64,000 nucleotides of DNA from Carcharhinus amblyrhynchos (Eukaryota). This document shows positions 62,285 through 64,000 of the stretch, piece by piece. Where the stretch lies: NCBI GenBank assembly GCA_965287045.1, contig OZ336882.1:80476001-80540000 (forward strand), given 5' to 3'. The stretch's first letter is position 1. The number at the start of each line of letters is the position of its first letter. The notes under the pieces are model-generated. The model did no database searches. It was not told the origin of the DNA and saw only the letters and a list, made by a program, of their open reading frames with translations. The translations under genes and the position numbers were made by a program.

Positions 62285-64000
62285 GTAAGTCAATGTACCA
62301 TGTTGTCTCATAGTTGCCGAGGACCTCTCTGCTCACTGATTCAGCAACTGAACGCGAGAAGGTCATTATTGCAATGTCTTTTCTCTGCCGAGGTAAATTG
62401 TTGAATATCAGTGAGAGTCTCAACGGTTCGTATGGCCTGTGAGCCGCGGTTCAGCTCAGAAGAATGTGACACCTGGAGTTTAACTTCCCTCTCCACATTT
62501 ACGGAGATGGAGGCTGATTCTCTGCCCTTCCAACACTTCATAGATCTGTATGCGATTTATTTGCAGTGACAATCTGTATCGTTTCCCCTTTAAGATGACA
62601 ATAACTGGAAATGCGGCCTCTCCGGAAAGCAAAAATCATTGAATGATATTTCAAGGAAAAATTGCTGCCCAGGAGGTTGCTCATCCTCAGAGTTGCAAAT
62701 CCGTTCCGTTGTTTCCCTTTCTGTGCCCGACAGCTCCCTTCCGCTGATGATAAACATTACAATCCCACCGTCTCGAATTAATTTCAAGAGCTATTTTCTC
62801 ACCTCATTGATGCATATGAAAGACTTATTATTATTTACATAACGTGTGAATATTGCCTTTAGCGCCCCTGATATTAGATGCAGCTCTTGAAATTAAATTT
62901 ATGACACTAAATTCAATCGATTGCCCCACCGTGCCGCTGCGCTCACTTCTACAATTGGTCGGTGCATCACCTGACACAAGCCTCATGGTGGGTGGATTTA
63001 GTTGTCAGAGCTGCAGCACAGGGAATTACTGTATAGAAATCAATCATTTGTTTGGTTGAATTTATTTATTCATCTGTGTGATGTGGGAATCGATGTCCTT
63101 TATTGTACATTCTTCGCTGCCCTTCGGATGCGGGTGGTGAGCTGCCTTCCTGATCCGCTGCTGTCCAAATTGTAAGTGCGCCCACAGTGCTGGTCGAGGG
63201 AAAGAGTGATTCAAGATTTTGGTACAACTACAGTGAAGGAACAGTGATATATTTTCCACTCAGTTTGTCCAGTGACTTTGGGAGGACATTAAGACGGCGG
63301 TGTTCCAATATATCTGCTGCCCTTGAATTTTTAGATGATAGTGGTCGAGGGTTTTGTATAATGCCGTTTAAGGTGCCTGGTGAGTTCCAGTAAATGCTGT
63401 TCACGGCTGGCCCAGCGTGCCTGCGGTCGAGGTAGTTAACATTTTGTGGGCGGGTTAGCATTCCAACCGCCTGCTTCATCCTTCATTGTCTAGAACATCT
63501 TGAGTGTCTTTGGAGCTGCCCTCGTGCAGGTAAATGGAGAGTATTCCATCACACCATCAACTTATAAGCGGTGGACAGGATTTTGGGGGACAAGAGGCCT
63601 GTTATTCACCGCAGGATTCCTAACCGCTGATCTGCTTTTGTGGACACTATTTATTTGCTAAAATAAGCAAAATACAGTGGATGCTGGAATCTGAAACAAA
63701 AGTAAAGAATGCCGGAAAAACACGGACTGTTTTCTTCCCTGACGGAAACTGTCAGCCCTGCTGAGATTTTCTAATTTTTTTTGTCATATGGCTCGCGCAG
63801 TTCAGGTTGTGTTTCCGGTTGATGCTAATAGTTGCGGACTCAGTGATGGCATTGCGTGTCAAGGGGAAATGGTTAGATTATGTATTGTTGTAGGCGGTCA
63901 TTTCTTAAACTTGTGTGACACAGGCGTTATTTCCCACTTGTCAGCCCAAACCTGGATGTTGTCTACATCTTGCTGCATTTGGACACCGGCGGCCTCGGTA

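Larger units (their letters stand above)
8304..64000 (+). repeat. Tandem segmental duplication array, at least 5 head-to-tail units
   Basis: Unit starts are ~8304-8312, 18640, 32997, 46935 and 59605. GPCR ATGs are at 10931, 21246, 35606, 49546 and 62215 (spacings 10315, 14360, 13940, 12669 bp). Units are collinear, roughly 93-97% identical by eye. Confidence 0.97.

Noticed and set aside
8304-64000. The array as a pure assembly artefact
   Set aside because: Units differ by many substitutions and by private insertions with clean junctions or TSDs. Their exact order still needs long-read confirmation.

Overview
Vertebrate genomic DNA, most likely from a cartilaginous fish (inferred from the CR1/HER1-like LINEs with (TTCTTATG)n tails, V-SINE/HE1-like SINEs and the receptor type). 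The first ~8.3 kb is a mosaic of decayed repeats: a Rex1-like LINE, SINEs, CR1 fragments, a hAT transposase remnant and a truncated tRNA-Thr(CGT). From ~8.3 kb to the end lies a head-to-tail array of five 10-14 kb units. Each unit carries a decayed RTE LINE, a candidate promoter, a two-exon class A GPCR gene of the GPR139/GPR142-like type (70-nt exon 1, phase-1 intron, 938-nt exon 2, 335 aa), a 3' CR1 and a degenerate ~19-bp minisatellite. Copies 1-3 are intact, copy 4 has one nonsense codon in TM6, and copy 5 runs off the window. The ORF track misses exon 1. Units differ by private insertions (CR1s, a 687-bp solo LTR, a chimeric LINE/V-SINE with a hairpin-rich 3' UTR) and by a 2.4-kb deletion, and share variants in a mosaic pattern. 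The best candidate for a novel system is this actively evolving receptor cluster, which has two N-terminal haplotypes, no ECL2 cysteine, and ATF4/C-EBP-like motifs upstream. All family assignments are from motif recognition by eye, not from database searches.
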